Counted from the stretch's first letter, positions 7,662-17,190 are shown. The stretch is 27,459 nucleotides of DNA from an uncultured archaeon (GCA_964525635.1 CAZGJX010000046.1:2478-29936); one strand, 5' to 3'. Made by a program: numbers and translations. The notes: generated by a model not told the origin, from the sequence alone.

Positions 7662-10600
7662 ATGATTAGTTTAAAATCTCCTTATATAGATAATCTCAAC
7701 TTAGTACAATTAAGAGAAGTGAAACCATCATTAGTTTCTTTCCGTACAATTAGGTATTCTAAAAAGGAATATATGAAAAATATAGCTATTGAATATTATC
7801 CAAATCGTGAATCAAGGGAAACAATTTACTTAAACCGATTAGGAGGAGAATCTTTCCTTGAAGATACTTTAATGGTATTACAAGAGCATGAACCAAATAT
7901 ACTATTATACTTACCTCAATCAATTCCAGTAACTGGTAAAAAATTAGGCAAAAAACTCGAATATATAAGAAAAGATGGAATTATTGAAGAATGGACTCCA
8001 GATAATGCATCTCTTTGGATAGAACAAAAACCAAAGATAATTGAAGTAAAATCAATAGAATGGATTAACTCTCTTTCTTCTAAGGAAAAGAAAAAATTAT
8101 TTTATAAATGGGATCAGGCAAAAGAATTTGCTGATAAACATGGTTTTGAATTTCAAATATTTACAGATGAATTTATCAATCAAAGTTGGAGAGTTGAGAA
8201 TATAAGAGATCTTGAAAGTCAAATGCGATTTTCAGAGAAGGAACATGAAGAAATAATAATAGAATTTATTTATAATAATAGAGATAAAAATTTAACAGTT
8301 AAGAAACTGCAGAGAGAGTTAGAATTAAAAAGTATCTCAAAACAAGAGATCACTAAAGCAATATGCAGCTTAATTTATCGTCAAAAGATATATATTGATT
8401 TAGAAAAAGAATTTAGATTTGATAAGACTATTCTTAAAATTCCTAATGAGAACCTTTATGAAATTCCATTAAATAAATGGCTTGACTTATATAAATTTCA
8501 GTGGAATTCAAAAGATACTGAAATTAAATCTTGTAAGGAGGATTTTGGAATAATTAATCGATCAAATCTTACAGAATATCAAAAAAATATAGAAATTAAA
8601 AACAGAGATATAATTCAAGCAATTGAAAATGGGGATTATTATAAGAATATTATAAGAAAATTTAAGATTAGCTATGGAAAGTTCCATAATTTAAAAATAT
8701 TATATTTAAAATTTCTTAGTAAAGAAATCTCTGAAAAAGAATTTCAACGTGCTTTAATTCCTCAGAAACCAAGTGGTCGAAGAAAAACAAGATTATTTGA
8801 TGTTGATAAATATGGTAAAGCAATTTTTTATGATCTTAGATTTAAAGATGCTATAGAAATCTGTATTGAAAAACAAAATAGATTGAATTATACAGATGCA
8901 TGGAGATTCTATAAAAGATTTAAAAGATTAGATGCATTTCAACAGGGTTTAACGACGAAAACTAGTGAACTTCTTTCAGTATTACTAGAGATTTCAAAAA
9001 TTAATCCTAATTTTAAACATACAACTGCTAATATTTTTAGAAATGAGATTAAAAGATATTGTCAACATTTTTATAAACGTGTAATAACAAAGCGAGAAGG
9101 ATTAAAACAAGCGATGAAAGAGTCTATGATTATTACAGGAGCAACCCCTTATACAAATTATATTGGTCAAATGGTTCAGATTGATCACACATTAACAGAT
9201 ATTATAAATAAAGTGGCTCTTCCAATTACTATTTTTATTGAGAACCAAAAATTAATTCGAAAGAAAAAAAATAAACGATATTATATGGATCGAACATCTA
9301 TTACTGTTTTAGAGGATGTTCATACAGGGGTAATTTTGGGTTATGCTTTTCGATATCGAAAACCAAGTATAGAGTCTGACTTTCAGGCAATAAGAAGAAT
9401 GGTGGTAGGTAATGTAAATCCATTAATAAATGCTATTGATTCAAATAAAGAAATTATTACGGCTGAAAAAAATTATTCAAGTACAATTGGAAAAATACTG
9501 CGAGGAATTCAAGAAATGGTAGTAATGGATATTTTACCAAAAGAAGAATATGAAATGATTCAATTAGAATTTGATCCTAATTATAAAGATAATTTACGAG
9601 CTATTGCTGATTGGTGGGATCATATTCGTGTTATACCTTATTTATTACATATGGATAACGGAAGAGATTTTACTAGTATACAAATGAAAAAATGGATGGC
9701 AAAAAATCATATAAATACAGCATATCGCCCTGTGGGGGGCTCACAATATGGTGGTCATGTTGAAAGATTACTTGGAACTTTAAATCGACAAGCTTTTCAT
9801 GAGATGACAGGTACAACTAAAAGTAACCCAAATAAGCGAGGAGGATATTCAAGTGAAAAATTTGCGATACTAACTTTTGAACAACTTGAGGCATTATTAT
9901 TATTAGCAATTATTCGTTATCATGCATCTCCTCATAATAAGGATAATTTATCACCTCGAGAAAAATGGCGACAAGCCTATGAAGATAATGGACATAATTT
10001 TCATTTTTTACCATCTGGAAAAATTAAAGAACTAACATCGAGAATGAAAAATCAGATACATCAACTGGCTTGGGATTTAATGCCAGAAAAAAAAATAATA
10101 TATAACCTGAAAGATGGACTTACAATTAATAAAATAAAATATAATGATATAAAATTAGCAAATTATTTAAGAGATAAACAAAAGGTAAGAATTCGATATT
10201 CTAACTCAGATATAAGATTTGTTTGGTGGTGGAATTCTCATGAAGATAGACCCATTCCAATCTGGGCTAAGAAAATAAAATTAGGAGATCGAGTATATAA
10301 TAAAAATCAATTACAACGTATACCAATCATTTCTAATCTTCAATTCCAAGATATGCAGAATTTGCCCTTATGGAAAATGGGAATGGAATTATCAGATGAA
10401 TATGAACGTATAGTTAATAGTGCAGAAAATGTACATTATAGTATTTATAAGAATATTCCCAAATCATTAAAAGAAATCAAGAAAATAGATGCGAATATTG
10501 CAAAGAAAATTGATGAAGGAAGAATAGAAGCTAAAGAAATGAAAGAATTAAACCAATATCTTGATTTTGAAAATGCAAATCAATCTAATAATAGAATCAC

Positions 10601-10787
10601 AATTAACCATAATTTAAAAAAGTTAAATAAAAAGGATCAGAAGAAGGAGTTAAAGAAATTATGGCAACAAAAACCAGTAATAGTTAAAAATATAATAATT
10701 CCACCAAAAAAAACAAATCCATTTACAAATAAGAAAATTAATTTAAAAGATATTAATAAGCAAAAGAATAGTGATTTAAATGGCTAA
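7662..10787 (+). CDS. tnsAB: Tn7-like TnsA-TnsB fusion transposase
   Basis: N-terminal TnsA endonuclease (ESFLE, WTPD D114, IIEVK, KW..AK.FA...GFEFQIFTD) and wHTH. TnsB DDE core QIDHT (D508), MDNGRDF (D665), GGHVERLLGTLN (E701), then GTTKSN, YH..PH...SP.EKW and a Mu-type C-terminal barrel (VRIRYSNSDI). Confidence 0.92.
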   Translation: MISLKSPYIDNLNLVQLREVKPSLVSFRTIRYSKKEYMKNIAIEYYPNRESRETIYLNRLGGESFLEDTLMVLQEHEPNILLYLPQSIPVTGKKLGKKLEYIRKDGIIEEWTPDNASLWIEQKPKIIEVKSIEWINSLSSKEKKKLFYKWDQAKEFADKHGFEFQIFTDEFINQSWRVENIRDLESQMRFSEKEHEEIIIEFIYNNRDKNLTVKKLQRELELKSISKQEITKAICSLIYRQKIYIDLEKEFRFDKTILKIPNENLYEIPLNKWLDLYKFQWNSKDTEIKSCKEDFGIINRSNLTEYQKNIEIKNRDIIQAIENGDYYKNIIRKFKISYGKFHNLKILYLKFLSKEISEKEFQRALIPQKPSGRRKTRLFDVDKYGKAIFYDLRFKDAIEICIEKQNRLNYTDAWRFYKRFKRLDAFQQGLTTKTSELLSVLLEISKINPNFKHTTANIFRNEIKRYCQHFYKRVITKREGLKQAMKESMIITGATPYTNYIGQMVQIDHTLTDIINKVALPITIFIENQKLIRKKKNKRYYMDRTSITVLEDVHTGVILGYAFRYRKPSIESDFQAIRRMVVGNVNPLINAIDSNKEIITAEKNYSSTIGKILRGIQEMVVMDILPKEEYEMIQLEFDPNYKDNLRAIADWWDHIRVIPYLLHMDNGRDFTSIQMKKWMAKNHINTAYRPVGGSQYGGHVERLLGTLNRQAFHEMTGTTKSNPNKRGGYSSEKFAILTFEQLEALLLLAIIRYHASPHNKDNLSPREKWRQAYEDNGHNFHFLPSGKIKELTSRMKNQIHQLAWDLMPEKKIIYNLKDGLTINKIKYNDIKLANYLRDKQKVRIRYSNSDIRFVWWWNSHEDRPIPIWAKKIKLGDRVYNKNQLQRIPIISNLQFQDMQNLPLWKMGMELSDEYERIVNSAENVHYSIYKNIPKSLKEIKKIDANIAKKIDEGRIEAKEMKELNQYLDFENANQSNNRITINHNLKKLNKKDQKKELKKLWQQKPVIVKNIIIPPKKTNPFTNKKINLKDINKQKNSDLNG

Positions 10788-12075
10788 AAGCGAAAAATTT
10801 GATGAGGGATTTAATGAATATGACATAAATGAGAATCATTTCTCCTTGATCCATATTAAAGAGAAATATTATGAGCTTATAACTAAAATTAATCAAAGAA
10901 CTGCATTTTATATGTATGATCCATCAGAAATTATAATTCGAAAAGGTTTATTTCCTCGATTTAGAAATGCATTTCTTGATTTAAATGAACGTGGTCGAAT
11001 TTTATTTATCTATGGTGATTATACTACAGGAAAATCTTTTTTAATACGTTATTTTGCATGGCTTTGTAAAGTCAAATTTAGTTCTTATTGGAAGACAACC
11101 AAAGATGGAAGAAAAACGCATCCTATAATAATAAAGAATTTAATAGATAGTATCCGAAGTGTTGAGGGATTCTATACTTGGTTACTTGAAAGTCTTGGAA
11201 ATCCTGTTGATCCAAGACAATTGAAAGAATGGGAAAAGACTAAAGTAAAATTGGTAAAACTTCGTAAAAGAGTTATTAAAACTTTGGATGCCTATGAAAC
11301 AAGACTTCTTATTCTTGATGAGAGTCAAAGATTACTTAAAGCAGGTGATAAACATCAAATTGCTGGAATATTTGAAGCCTTAAAAGACTTAACTACTAAA
11401 AATCATTGGGATGAATTAGGTTGTACTCATCGACCTTATTTTGTTTTATGTGGTACCACAGACTGTCTTTATTTACTGAGAGCAGGTAAATTTATCCAAG
11501 GCAGAGTTCACACATGTCCTTTAGAATCAATCTCAGTAGATAAATATCATGAATTTTTAGCTACAATTTATACTGATTTTATTAATTTAGGTGTTTCTAA
11601 CAAATGGGATTTATTTTATAAACAAGGAGATGAACTTATTATTAATGAAGAAATAGGAATGACGCTTTTTGAAAGAACTCAAGGAAAAGCAGGATTAACT
11701 GTTGAGATTGTTCGTCATGCTGTTTTGGATGCTTTAGAACATGGTAATGAATATCCTAAATTGAATAATTATAAAGAAGTAATCTTGGAAGGAACAAAAT
11801 ATATTATCAAAAAAGAAAGTATTGATGAAAAGAATGCAATAAATATAGAAGAAGATGATGAAGAACAAATTAATCCTCAATCTGAAGAAAAAATAAATAC
11901 TCGGAAAGCAATCCAAGTTATTATAGATGATAAAACACTCTTATGTGCCTTTAGAGGATGTCCAAAATCTAAAAAACCATATAAACGTGATTGGTATTTA
12001 ATAAACCATTATAAAACGGAACATCCAGAGGTAGAATTATATGACAATGAAGGAAATAGATTGGATAACAATTAA
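10780..12075 (+). CDS. tnsC: TnsC/TniB-like AAA+ ATPase with C-terminal C2H2 zinc finger
   Basis: Walker A GDYTTGKS, Walker B LLILDESQ, sensor VLCGT, Arg finger QGRV; 8-nt overlap with tnsAB. C-terminal CAFRGC...Y.....LINHYKTEH. Confidence 0.9.
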   Translation: MAKSEKFDEGFNEYDINENHFSLIHIKEKYYELITKINQRTAFYMYDPSEIIIRKGLFPRFRNAFLDLNERGRILFIYGDYTTGKSFLIRYFAWLCKVKFSSYWKTTKDGRKTHPIIIKNLIDSIRSVEGFYTWLLESLGNPVDPRQLKEWEKTKVKLVKLRKRVIKTLDAYETRLLILDESQRLLKAGDKHQIAGIFEALKDLTTKNHWDELGCTHRPYFVLCGTTDCLYLLRAGKFIQGRVHTCPLESISVDKYHEFLATIYTDFINLGVSNKWDLFYKQGDELIINEEIGMTLFERTQGKAGLTVEIVRHAVLDALEHGNEYPKLNNYKEVILEGTKYIIKKESIDEKNAINIEEDDEEQINPQSEEKINTRKAIQVIIDDKTLLCAFRGCPKSKKPYKRDWYLINHYKTEHPEVELYDNEGNRLDNN

Positions 12076-13162
12076 AGATAGAATTAAACCATTTGAAATA
12101 ATACCAAGTTATATTGATTTATGGACTGATCTTGGTATCTGGTATTTACATAATGAAGATTTTTTTTCAGATTGGTTAAAACAGAAATTTTCTGAATTGA
12201 AAGAGATCATTAGAAAATTCTATGATAATGATATTTTAAAGGAGGAAAATAAAGAAAAATCTTTAAATTATTCATATATAAGAAAATTAGTCTATGGTAT
12301 TTCAAAATATCAAAATATATATGATGCTTTATTCTTTGCTAATGGTTGGAAAGGATTAATCGGATTAGAGTTAGCAAAAACTAAGTTAAAATTATTTTAT
12401 AATAAGAACAAAAGATTTCCAACTCAAAGAGAGATGGATATCATTTCTAATAAAGTAATTCAAAAGAAAAAATATTGGAAAAAATTCGGAATTAACTCAT
12501 GGAATGATTTATTAAAAGAAACATTTGGTCAAGTAAATAAAACATATAATATACATCGAGGGAAAAAAGGTTTAGAAAAAGCTAAATATTGTTTGTTAAA
12601 TTTTCAAAAAAAACAGAAAAGATTACCTACAGCAAGAGATAAAATGATGATAACCTATTCTAATGTAGTTGCAAGAGGTATTTGGAGCGAATTTGGAATC
12701 AATACATGGAATGATCTCTTAATTTATACTTTTAAAAAAATAAATAAATCAAGCAATTTATATAAAGGTGAATTAGGTCTTAATAGAGCTAAAATTGTAC
12801 TAAAAAATTATTATAAAAAATATAAAAAAAAACCTACATCTGAAATAAAAGAGGTTGCAAGTATTTTAGTTGCAATAAAGAGGAATTATTGGTCTAAATT
12901 TGGAATAAAATCTTGGAATGATCTTTTAGAAAATGTATTTGGAAATGTGAATGTGAGAAAAGGAATATGGACTGGAGAAAAAGGATTAGAAAGAGCAAAA
13001 GAAAAATTAAAAAGCTTTTTTATAGATAATAATGCATTACCAACAAATAAAACAAAAGGTTTTGGAGGAATTGTAAAAGCAATCCAGAGAGGTTATTGGA
13101 AACAACAAAATATACACTCTTGGAATGAATTTATATTTTTCGCATTTAAAAAAAATAAATAA
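12041..13162 (+). CDS. Tandem-repeat protein (N-terminal ~100-aa domain plus 4 ~69-aa repeats), putative DNA-binding
   Basis: Four copies of G..GL..AK..L..F......P.......I....RG.W..FGI.SWNDLL...FG, similar to homing-endonuclease-associated (HNH_repeat-like) helical repeats. GAGGT SD; overlaps tnsC; alternative ATG at 12047. Confidence 0.7.
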   Translation: MTMKEIDWITIKDRIKPFEIIPSYIDLWTDLGIWYLHNEDFFSDWLKQKFSELKEIIRKFYDNDILKEENKEKSLNYSYIRKLVYGISKYQNIYDALFFANGWKGLIGLELAKTKLKLFYNKNKRFPTQREMDIISNKVIQKKKYWKKFGINSWNDLLKETFGQVNKTYNIHRGKKGLEKAKYCLLNFQKKQKRLPTARDKMMITYSNVVARGIWSEFGINTWNDLLIYTFKKINKSSNLYKGELGLNRAKIVLKNYYKKYKKKPTSEIKEVASILVAIKRNYWSKFGIKSWNDLLENVFGNVNVRKGIWTGEKGLERAKEKLKSFFIDNNALPTNKTKGFGGIVKAIQRGYWKQQNIHSWNEFIFFAFKKNK

Positions 13163-13198
13163 TTTAAAGTTAAAAGAAATAGATTAAGGGAATTCAAA

Positions 13199-15976
13199 AT
13201 GAATGTTATATGTAATACAATAAAAAAAGAAAAGATTTCTGACAATATTAAATCATTTAAAATAGATCATCAATTTATTAATATTTGGGAACATCCGCGA
13301 ATATGGACACTAAAATCTATTAAATATTGCTCTAAATGGTTAATAGAAGAACTTAACCGAATTAAATTAATTTTACTAAAATTTATAGATATTGGTTATT
13401 CAAATCATAATAACGATGGTTTTGATTATTTCTTTCTAAGAAATCTTAAATATTGGTTAATTGAAAAAGAAGATTTTTTAGAAGCATTATTTAAAGTAAA
13501 TGGATGGCAAGGTCGTCTTGGGCTTGAGATTGCTGCAAGTAAATTAAGATATTTTTTTGCCAAAAATAAAAGATTTCCAAAAACAAAAGATAAAGGAATG
13601 ATTAGGATAAGGAATTCTGTTTTATCAACTGAAAATTGGAAAGATTTAGGAATTCTATCTTGGGATGATCTATTAATTTTCACTTTTGGAGAAAAAACAA
13701 TTAAAGAATGGCAGGATCTTAAAGAAAAAAAGAAATTTCAAAAAGCAATTAAAGAATTAAATAAATTTTATAAGAAAGAACAAAGGTTGCCAAAGTATAG
13801 TGATAAAGAAATATATTGGATATCAGGAGCAGTATCTAAGGGTATTTGGAAAAAATATGGGATAGATGTGTGGAATGACTTATTAAAACACGTCTTTGGG
13901 AAAGTAAATGTAGAATATCATATTTATGATGGAATTGAAGGACTTAAGAAAGCAAAAGAAGAATTATTGAATTTTAATAAAAAATATAATAAATTACCAA
14001 CATCAAAAGATTTTGAATCTATGGCTAAAGCTATATATAGAGGTATTTGGGAAGAATATAGTATAATAACTTGGAATGATTTATTAAGAAGAATTTTTGG
14101 AGAAGTTAATTTAAATCTTCAAAAGGAGTATATGGGTGATGATATACTTCTTAGGATTAGAGAAGAATTAAAGAATTTTGTGAAACAAAAAGGAAGACTT
14201 CCAAAATCTAATGATAAGGAGATGGGGTCAATAATAAGTGCTATTGGGAGGGGTGTACTAAAAAAATATGGGATAAGGACTTGGAATGATTTGCTGAAAA
14301 GTACTTTTGGAAAAATTAATAGGGATACAACCCAATATCATGGGATTGAAGGTCTTAAAAAAGCAATTATTAAATTAAAGAAATTTAAGGAAAAACATAA
14401 AAGAGAACCTAATACAGGGGAAATGGATACTATATATAGAACTGCCATCCGTGGAGAATGGAAAGAATTTAATATATTAAATTGGGATAATTTACTTGAT
14501 TTTACATATGGAAGATATAATAGAGAAATAAATAGATATAAAGGGAGAATTGGATTAAATAATGCGGTTCAAGAACTGAAAAAGTACAGAGAAAAATATG
14601 GAAAAAAACCGATTTCAAATATGAAAGGAATGAGAGTAATTTATAATACTATAAATAGAGGTGAATGGAAAGAATTTGGAATTAATTCTTGGAATGATTT
14701 ACTTTTATTTGCTTTTGGAGAAATTTATTATGAAAAAAATAAATATAAAGGTATAAGAGGATTAGAACGAGCAAAACAAGTATTAGAAGATTTTAAAAAC
14801 ATAAATGGAAAAATACCTTCACAAAAAAACAAAGGGATGGGAGGAATTGTAACTGCGATAGGAAGAGGTGAATGGAAAGAATTTGGAATTCACTCTTGGA
14901 ATGATTTGCTCAAGTTAAAATTTGGAGAAATCAATTATCAACCAAATAAATATTTAGGTAAAAAGGGACTTAATACAGCTATAAAAAAATTAAGAGATTT
15001 TAAAAAAAAATATGGGAAAAAGCCAACCTCACATTCAAAAGGAATGAATGGAATAATTGGAGCTATCGGAAGAGGAGAGTGGAATGAATTTGGAATTTAT
15101 TCATGGAATGATTTACTAAAAAGAACTTTTAGAGAAATAAATTTTGAACCTGATAAATATAAAGGAAGACAAGGATTTGAGAGGGCAATTCAAGAATTAA
15201 GAGATTTTAAGAATAAATATGGAAAAAAACCAACTTCCAATACTAAAGGATTTAGTGGAATTTATAAAATTATTCAACAGGGAAGATGGAAAAAATATAA
15301 TATAAATTCTTGGAATGATTTGCTTATGCATACTTTTGGAGAAATATATATTGAAACAAATAAATACAAAGGTAAACTAGGACTTAAGAGAGCTATTCAA
15401 GAATTAAAAGAATTTAAAATAAAATATGGTAGAATTCCTATCATAAAAGATAAAGGTATGGGGGGGATTGTTAATGCAATTCTTAGGGAGGAATGGAAAG
15501 GATTTGAAATTAACTCTTGGAATGATTTACTCATAACAACTTTTAAAGAACTTAATAAAGAAAAAAATAAATATTTAGGGAAGGAAGGATTTAAGAGAGC
15601 TATTCAAGAATTGAAGGATTATAAGAAGAAGTATGGAAAAATACCTTCTTCTAAAAGTAAAGGAATATTTGTAATATATAACAATGCTCGATTGGGTAAA
15701 ATGAAAGAATTTGGAGTAAATAATTGGAATGATTTATTAAAAATTGCTTTTGGAACTTTTAATCAAGAAAACAATAAATATATAGGAGAAAAGGGACTTG
15801 AGAGAGCCAAATCTGAATTAAGAGAATTCAAGAGAATTAATGGTAAAATACCAACATCGAAAAGCATGGGGATTAAAACTATTTATAAAACAGCTCGCCT
15901 TGGTAAATGGAAAGAATTTGGTATTAATAATTGGCATGATTTACTTTTTAATACTTTTCATCCTGATGAATTATAG
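13199..15976 (+). CDS. Tandem-repeat protein (paralogous N-terminal domain plus 12 ~69-aa repeats), putative DNA-binding
   Basis: 12 W(N/D/H)(D/N)LL motifs; N-terminal domain alignable with that of 12041-13162. Confidence 0.75.
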   Translation: MNVICNTIKKEKISDNIKSFKIDHQFINIWEHPRIWTLKSIKYCSKWLIEELNRIKLILLKFIDIGYSNHNNDGFDYFFLRNLKYWLIEKEDFLEALFKVNGWQGRLGLEIAASKLRYFFAKNKRFPKTKDKGMIRIRNSVLSTENWKDLGILSWDDLLIFTFGEKTIKEWQDLKEKKKFQKAIKELNKFYKKEQRLPKYSDKEIYWISGAVSKGIWKKYGIDVWNDLLKHVFGKVNVEYHIYDGIEGLKKAKEELLNFNKKYNKLPTSKDFESMAKAIYRGIWEEYSIITWNDLLRRIFGEVNLNLQKEYMGDDILLRIREELKNFVKQKGRLPKSNDKEMGSIISAIGRGVLKKYGIRTWNDLLKSTFGKINRDTTQYHGIEGLKKAIIKLKKFKEKHKREPNTGEMDTIYRTAIRGEWKEFNILNWDNLLDFTYGRYNREINRYKGRIGLNNAVQELKKYREKYGKKPISNMKGMRVIYNTINRGEWKEFGINSWNDLLLFAFGEIYYEKNKYKGIRGLERAKQVLEDFKNINGKIPSQKNKGMGGIVTAIGRGEWKEFGIHSWNDLLKLKFGEINYQPNKYLGKKGLNTAIKKLRDFKKKYGKKPTSHSKGMNGIIGAIGRGEWNEFGIYSWNDLLKRTFREINFEPDKYKGRQGFERAIQELRDFKNKYGKKPTSNTKGFSGIYKIIQQGRWKKYNINSWNDLLMHTFGEIYIETNKYKGKLGLKRAIQELKEFKIKYGRIPIIKDKGMGGIVNAILREEWKGFEINSWNDLLITTFKELNKEKNKYLGKEGFKRAIQELKDYKKKYGKIPSSKSKGIFVIYNNARLGKMKEFGVNNWNDLLKIAFGTFNQENNKYIGEKGLERAKSELREFKRINGKIPTSKSMGIKTIYKTARLGKWKEFGINNWHDLLFNTFHPDEL
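13500..15960 (+). repeat. Coding tandem repeat, 207-bp period
   Basis: Trp codons of the WNDLL motif at 13661, 13871, 14072, 14282, 14483, 14690, 14897, 15104, 15311, 15518, 15725 and 15932. The last seven intervals are exactly 207 bp. Confidence 0.95.
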
Positions 15977-16320
15977 TATAATTCAAATTACATTTTTTCC
16001 TTTTAGCATATAATAACCCTTCTTTATTAATATTAGGATATAAAAAACCTCATAATTGTATTTTTTTTTTATTACCTTTTTACCGATAAATAATCATTTT
16101 TCATCTTTATTTTTTCTAAAAATGGCTATAGAACCTTTAGAAGTATTATTTTAAAAAAAAGTATAGTATGACCCCATTTTACCAATAAATAAAAAAAAAT
16201 AAATATTTAAAAAAGAATTCATAATCCTAAGTGATAAAATCGATAGTTTTCATTATTTCCTCCAATATTGAATAGAAACCAAGAAGAATGTGCTTTAATC
16301 GATATATATCAGTAATAAAT

Positions 16321-17172
16321 CTATTCTGGGAGATGTTTTAATATGTCTGATGTATATGTTTTACATTTTTCAGAGTCCTCTTCGTTAAATCGATTATGTG
16401 CTAGATCGTTTCGAATGCTTGATATTCTTTCAAAAAAAGCCTTTAGGGTATGGGAGGATCCAAAAATTTTTTCAAAAATATTTATCCAATTTTTTTTTTG
16501 CATCATTATAAAAAGATAATCAATGAAGCTAAGGAAATCAATAACATCGTAATATCGTTTAGGTTCCTCTTTTTCTTTTTTGATTTTTCTTTTTTCGGCA
16601 TTCTCTCGGAGGTTTGTTCCTACTCCTAAATTCCACCAATCCTCCCCGTATTGTTTTTTCAATTGGTCTTTAACAAACATCCTCATTTTTATTTCAAAAT
16701 CTTCAATTAATTTCTTGGTAGCTTCTTTTGCATCAATGTTTTTATCTTCAATTTCACCGATTTTTATTGATGAATCCTTAAATTTTAGCCATTCAATAAT
16801 TATTGTGAGTTGTTCGTATTTTTTCTCTCTAAAGATTGTTTTTGGTATATAAGGACTTCCAATTTCCCAATATTTGGAATCTCCAAGCGGATCAAACATA
16901 ATTGTGGTAGAATGTTCAGCAATTTTTACTATATCAGAATATATGTTACTCAACCTTAATTGTGGATTTGCTTTAATATTCTCCTTAGTTATAAAGAATT
17001 TATTTTCTATATCTTCGTCAGGAGAAATTATCTTTATTGAAATTTGTTTAGGTTCGGGTTCTGGAACGCGCCATTTAGGGATGTATAATTTAAACTCAAC
17101 CCCTTCGACATCAGCCACCCATAATATTTTATTAGGTGTTGTTTTTTTAAAGTTCGCAATAATTTCGTACAT
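16321..17172 (-). CDS. Swt1-like HEPN domain protein with uncharacterised N-terminal domain
   Basis: C-terminal FEIKMRMFV...YGEDWW...DFLSFIDY...NW..IF..IF...RNDLAH with an intact Rx4H motif. Confidence 0.8.
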   Translation of the reverse strand: MYEIIANFKKTTPNKILWVADVEGVEFKLYIPKWRVPEPEPKQISIKIISPDEDIENKFFITKENIKANPQLRLSNIYSDIVKIAEHSTTIMFDPLGDSKYWEIGSPYIPKTIFREKKYEQLTIIIEWLKFKDSSIKIGEIEDKNIDAKEATKKLIEDFEIKMRMFVKDQLKKQYGEDWWNLGVGTNLRENAEKRKIKKEKEEPKRYYDVIDFLSFIDYLFIMMQKKNWINIFEKIFGSSHTLKAFFERISSIRNDLAHNRFNEEDSEKCKTYTSDILKHLPE

Positions 17173-17190
17173 TGTAATAAAACTAATTAA

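Noticed and set aside
13500-15960. 207-bp periodic repeats as a CRISPR array
   Set aside because: The repeats are in-frame, degenerate at codon level and lie inside one ORF; there is no identical repeat plus unique spacer structure.
12041-15976. Calling the post-tnsC genes tniQ/tnsD
   Set aside because: No CxxC zinc motifs or TniQ N-terminal signature; the proteins are repeat arrays.
16078-16192. TTTTACCRATAAATAA direct repeat (16078, 16177) between convergent genes as an internal end
   Set aside because: Only two copies, AT-rich, no terminal TGT/ACA in register; may be chance or terminator-region sequence.
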